This document shows, piece by piece, positions 60,249 through 64,000 of a stretch of 64,000 bases of DNA. The position numbers and the translations under genes were made by a program. This DNA comes from Chrysemys picta bellii (taxonomy: Eukaryota), in contig NC_088794.1 in assembly GCF_011386835.1 (NCBI RefSeq), positions 94,798,001 through 94,862,000 on the forward strand, read 5' to 3'. The notes under the pieces were generated by a model. It was not told the origin of the DNA. It did not search any database and worked only from the letters and a program-made list of their open reading frames with translations. The stretch's first letter is position 1. Every line of letters starts with the position of its first letter.

Positions 60249-62085
60249 AAGTCCATTGTGGAGAAGCTAAATGAATTCTTTGCATCTGAGGTCACTGCAG
60301 AGATTGTGAGGAGATTCCCACACCTGAACCATTCTTTTTAAGTGATAGTTCCTCAAATTTATCCCAGATTGCAATAGAGGTGGTTTTGGAACAAACTGAT
60401 AAAGAGTAAAGGCACCACGACCAGATAGTATTCATCCAAGAGTTCTGAAGGAACTTTAATATGAAATTGCAGAACTACTAACTGTGGTACGTAATCTATT
60501 GCTTAAATCAGCCTCTGTACCAGATGACAGATGTGTAGCTATGATACCACCATTAAAAAAAAAAAAAAAACACACACACACCCTCCCCAATTTAGGCCAG
60601 TAGGCCTAATTCAGTACCAGGCAAACTGATTGAAACCTATAGTAACTAACAGAATTATCAGACATAGATGAAAATTATATACTGGGGAAGAGTCAACATG
60701 GCTTTTGTGAAGTATGATTTCCCTTTACCAATCTATTAGAATTCTTTGAGGGCAAAGGTGATTCAGTTTATATACTGTACTTGAACTTTCAGAAAGCCTT
60801 TCAGAAAGGTCCCACACCAAAGGCTCTTAAGCAAAGTAAGGAGTCATGGGATACATTGGAAGGTTCTCTCTTGGATCAGTAACTGGTTAAAAGGTAGGAA
60901 AAACTGGTCAGTGGAGCAAGGTAAAGAGTGGGGTCCTCCAATAATCTGTACTGCTCAGCATATTCAAATGATCTGGGGAAAGGGGGTAAATAGTGAAGTG
61001 GCAAAGTCTGTGGACAATACTAAATTGCTTGAGAGTTAAATCCAAAGCGGACTGTGAAGAGTTAAAGGGAGCTCACAAAACTGACTGACCAGGCAGGAAA
61101 ATGGCAGATGAAATTCAGCATTGATAAATGTAAAGTAATGCACATTGGAAAAAATCATCTCAACTATGCATCTGAAGCGATGTGGTCTAAATTAGCTGTT
61201 ACATCTGAAGAAAAAGATTTTGGAGTATTTGTGGATGGTTCTCTAAAAACATCTGCTCTATGTGCAGCAGCAGCTCCGCACCCCCAAAACCCCAACAATG
61301 TTAGGAACCATTAGGAAAGGGTTAGATGATAAAGACAGAATATCATAATGCCACTGTACAAATCCATGACACCCATATCTTGAATACTCCATGCAGTTTT
61401 GGTCAATCCATTTCAAAAAAGATGTTTGCCTTTCTCAATAACTAGGGGTATGGAACAGCTTCCACATGAGAAATTAAAAAACAGACTGTTCATCTTAGGA
61501 AAAAAAGATGACTAAGAGGGGATATGACAGAAGTCTATAAAATCATGAATGGTGTGGAGAAAGTGAATAAGTAGTGTTATTTACTCTTCACAGCACAAGA
61601 ACCAGGGGTCACCCAATTAAGTTAATAGGCAGCAGGTTTAAAATAAACAAAAAAGGATTTCACACAACCACAGTCAGCTAGAATTCATGGCCAGGGGGTG
61701 TTGAAGACCAAAAGTATAACTGGATTAAAAAAATTAGATAAATTCCTGCAGGATAGGTCTACCAATGGCCATTAGCCAAGATGGCCAGGGATGCAAGCCC
61801 ATGACCTGGGGCAGGAAGAATCACGCGATAATTGCCTTGCTTGTTCATTTCCTCTGAAGCATCTGGCACTGGCCATTATCAAAAGACTGGATACTAGGCT
61901 AGATGGATCATTGGTCTCATCCAGTATGGCTATACTTATGTTCTAGATGTGGTATTTGCATCAGTGCATGAAAAAAAAAAAAAAAAAAAAACAGTAAATT
62001 TGTTTATTTTAGACAAAACTAGAATCCTTCTTTCCCCCAGTACATTTGTAAAACAGGTCATGTCGGACACAAGTATTCCAACCAA

Positions 62086-63578
62086 TTTCATAGAATCATA
62101 AAAGATTAGGGTTGGAAGAGACCTCGGGAGGTCATCTAGTCCAACCCTCTGCTCAAAGCGGGAACAACCCCAACTAAATCATCCCAGCCAGGGTTTTGTC
62201 AAGCCGGGCCTTAAAAACCTCTAAGGACGGAGATTCCACCACTTCCCTAAGTAACCCATTCCAGTGCTTCACCACCCACCTAGTGAAATAATTTTTCTTA
62301 ATAGCCAACCTAGACCTTCCCCGCTGCAACTTGAGACCATTGCTCCTTGTTCTGTCATCTGCCACCACTGAGAACAGCCTTGCTCCATCCTCCTTGGAAC
62401 CCCCCTTCAGGTAGTTGAGGGCTGCTATCAAACCCCCCCTCACTCTTCTCTTTTGCGGACAAAATAAGCCCAGTTCCCTCAGCCTCTCCTCATAAGTCAT
62501 GTCATGTTCCCATCACCCTAATCATTTTCATTGCCTTCTACTGGATGTTCTCCCATTTGCCCACATCCTTTCTGTAGTGGGGGGGCCAAAACTGGATGCA
62601 ATACTCCAGATGTTACCTCACCAGTGCCATGTAGAGGGGAATAATTACTTCCCTCAATCTGCTGGCAATGCTCCTACTAATGCAGCCCAATATGCAGTTA
62701 GCCTTCTTGGCAACAAGGGCACCCTGTTGACTCATATCCCCAGGTCCTTTTCTGCAGAACTGACATTTAGCCAGTCGGTCCCCACCCTGTAGCATGGGAT
62801 TCTTCCATACTAAGTGCAGGACTCTGCACTTGTCCTTGTTGAACCTCATTTCTTTTGGCCCAATCCTCCAATTTGTCCAGGTCACTCTGGACCCTATCCC
62901 TACCCTCTAATATATCTACCTCTCCCCTGAGTTTAGTGTCATCAGCAAACTTGTGAGGGTGCAATCCACCCATCATCCAGATCATTAATGAAGGTGTTGA
63001 ACAAAAATGGCCCTAGGACAGACCCCTGGGGCACTCCGCTTGATACTGGCTGCCAACTAGACATCGAGCCATTGATCACTACCCATTGAGCTCAACAATC
63101 TAGCCAGTTTTCTAGCCACCTTTAGTCCATTCATACAATCCATACTTTAACTTGCTGGCAAGAATACTGTGGGAGACAATATCAAAAGCTTTGCTAAAGT
63201 CAGATATATCATGTCCACCACTTTCCCCATATCCCCAGACCAGTTCTCATCATAGACGGCAATCAGGTTGGTCAGGCATGACTTGCCCTTGGTGAATCCA
63301 TGTTGACTATTCCTGATCACCTTCCTCCCCTCCAAATGCTTCAAAATGGATTCCTTGAGGACCTGCTCCATGATTTTCCCCAAGGACTAAGGTGAGGCTG
63401 TAATTCCCCAGATTCTCCTTCCCATTGTTAAAAATGGGCACTACATTTGCCTTTTTCCAGTCATCCGGGACCTCTGATTGCCATGAGTTTTCAAAGATAA
63501 TGGTCAAAGGCTCTGCAATCACATCAGCCAACTCCCTCAAATGCATTAGATTTGGCCCCATGGACTTGTGCATATCAA
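62086..63578 (-). mobile_element. CR1 LINE 3' portion (RT relic plus 3' tail), younger subfamily
   Basis: Minus-strand peptides [51 protein letters not shown] and [21 protein letters not shown]; ATTCTATG tail at about 62090. Confidence 0.92.
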
Positions 63579-64000
63579 ATATTGACAAATATCCCAGAAA
63601 CAACACCCCGATGAAGGCAGTAACTACTTTTATTGATTGCATCATGGTACCATTCTCTCATTTTATAGGACTTCATTGTGTTTCTCCCGTTTCTAAGTTA
63701 AAATAACTTAGCTGACTAACTTGTTTTCTGTAATAAGGCATAATTATTTAAGACCGAGCCTACGGGAGACCATAAAATCATTGTTATTGTTATTGTTCTA
63801 ATAGTGCTTTAAAATATTTGATAGGTGAACTGACCAACTCTATTCTGTACCATGAGCAAGTGTGCTGCACATCAGTGCTAATTTTCAGAATAGTAATTTA
63901 TTCAACAGATTCAGTTTGATCTGAACCAATTTCTCTTCAAAATTTTCAAAACTGCCACTTAATCAAAAAACCCAAAACCAATTGTTTGCCTAGATGTACT

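Larger units (their letters stand above)
56555..61944 (+). mobile_element. 5'-truncated CR1 LINE ORF2 relic, interrupted by Chapaev and Penelope insertions
   Basis: Endonuclease relics GVAL..K..IES and IYYSPPDQ before 56778, then MGDF..HIEW, LEQLV and NCDHNVI after 59310. RT relics follow (HPRVLKE, KWQMKFSIDKCKVMHIG), with a 3' tail ccagtatggctatacttatgttct. Confidence 0.85.

Noticed and set aside
51339-64000. CHP1 exon 2 (FSHSQITRLYSRFTSLDKGENGTLS)
   Set aside because: Searched by eye on the minus strand and not found; presumably beyond the window end.
1-64000. CRISPR arrays, rRNA or prokaryotic systems
   Set aside because: This is eukaryotic intron-exon DNA; no repeat-spacer arrays or rRNA-like sequence were seen.

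Overview
This is vertebrate genomic DNA, most likely turtle. That assignment is inferred from the repeat complement: CR1 LINEs, DIRS, Penelope, Chapaev and many hAT/Harbinger/Tc1 MITEs. The window holds the syntenic block OIP5 - Cyrano (OIP5-AS1) - CHP1. OIP5 (Mis18beta) coding exons 3-5 are on the + strand (1179-7672). CHP1 coding exons 3-7 are on the - strand (51338-44658). Between them is a non-coding unit on the - strand that the ORF track cannot show. It has a CpG-island promoter at about 37.9-39.0 kb with a YY1-type 5' motif, candidate splice sites, and a terminal exon of about 10 kb. That exon carries the extended, centrally bulged miR-7 site (23554-23579) that is the hallmark of the Cyrano lncRNA, a trigger of target-directed miR-7 degradation. 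Nearby are a miR-25/92 8mer, other short motifs and a GCAAUAAA poly(A) signal at 16577. Introns and intergenic DNA are dense with transposons: two DIRS relics, four Penelope pieces with hammerhead-like cores, a full-length decayed Chapaev3 element inside a CR1, a 1.2-kb solo LTR and about 15 MITEs, many with recognisable target-site duplications (TSDs). Apart from ORFs overlapping these exons and TE reading frames, the listed ORFs look like chance frames. Family names and orthologue comparisons come from recall, not database searches.
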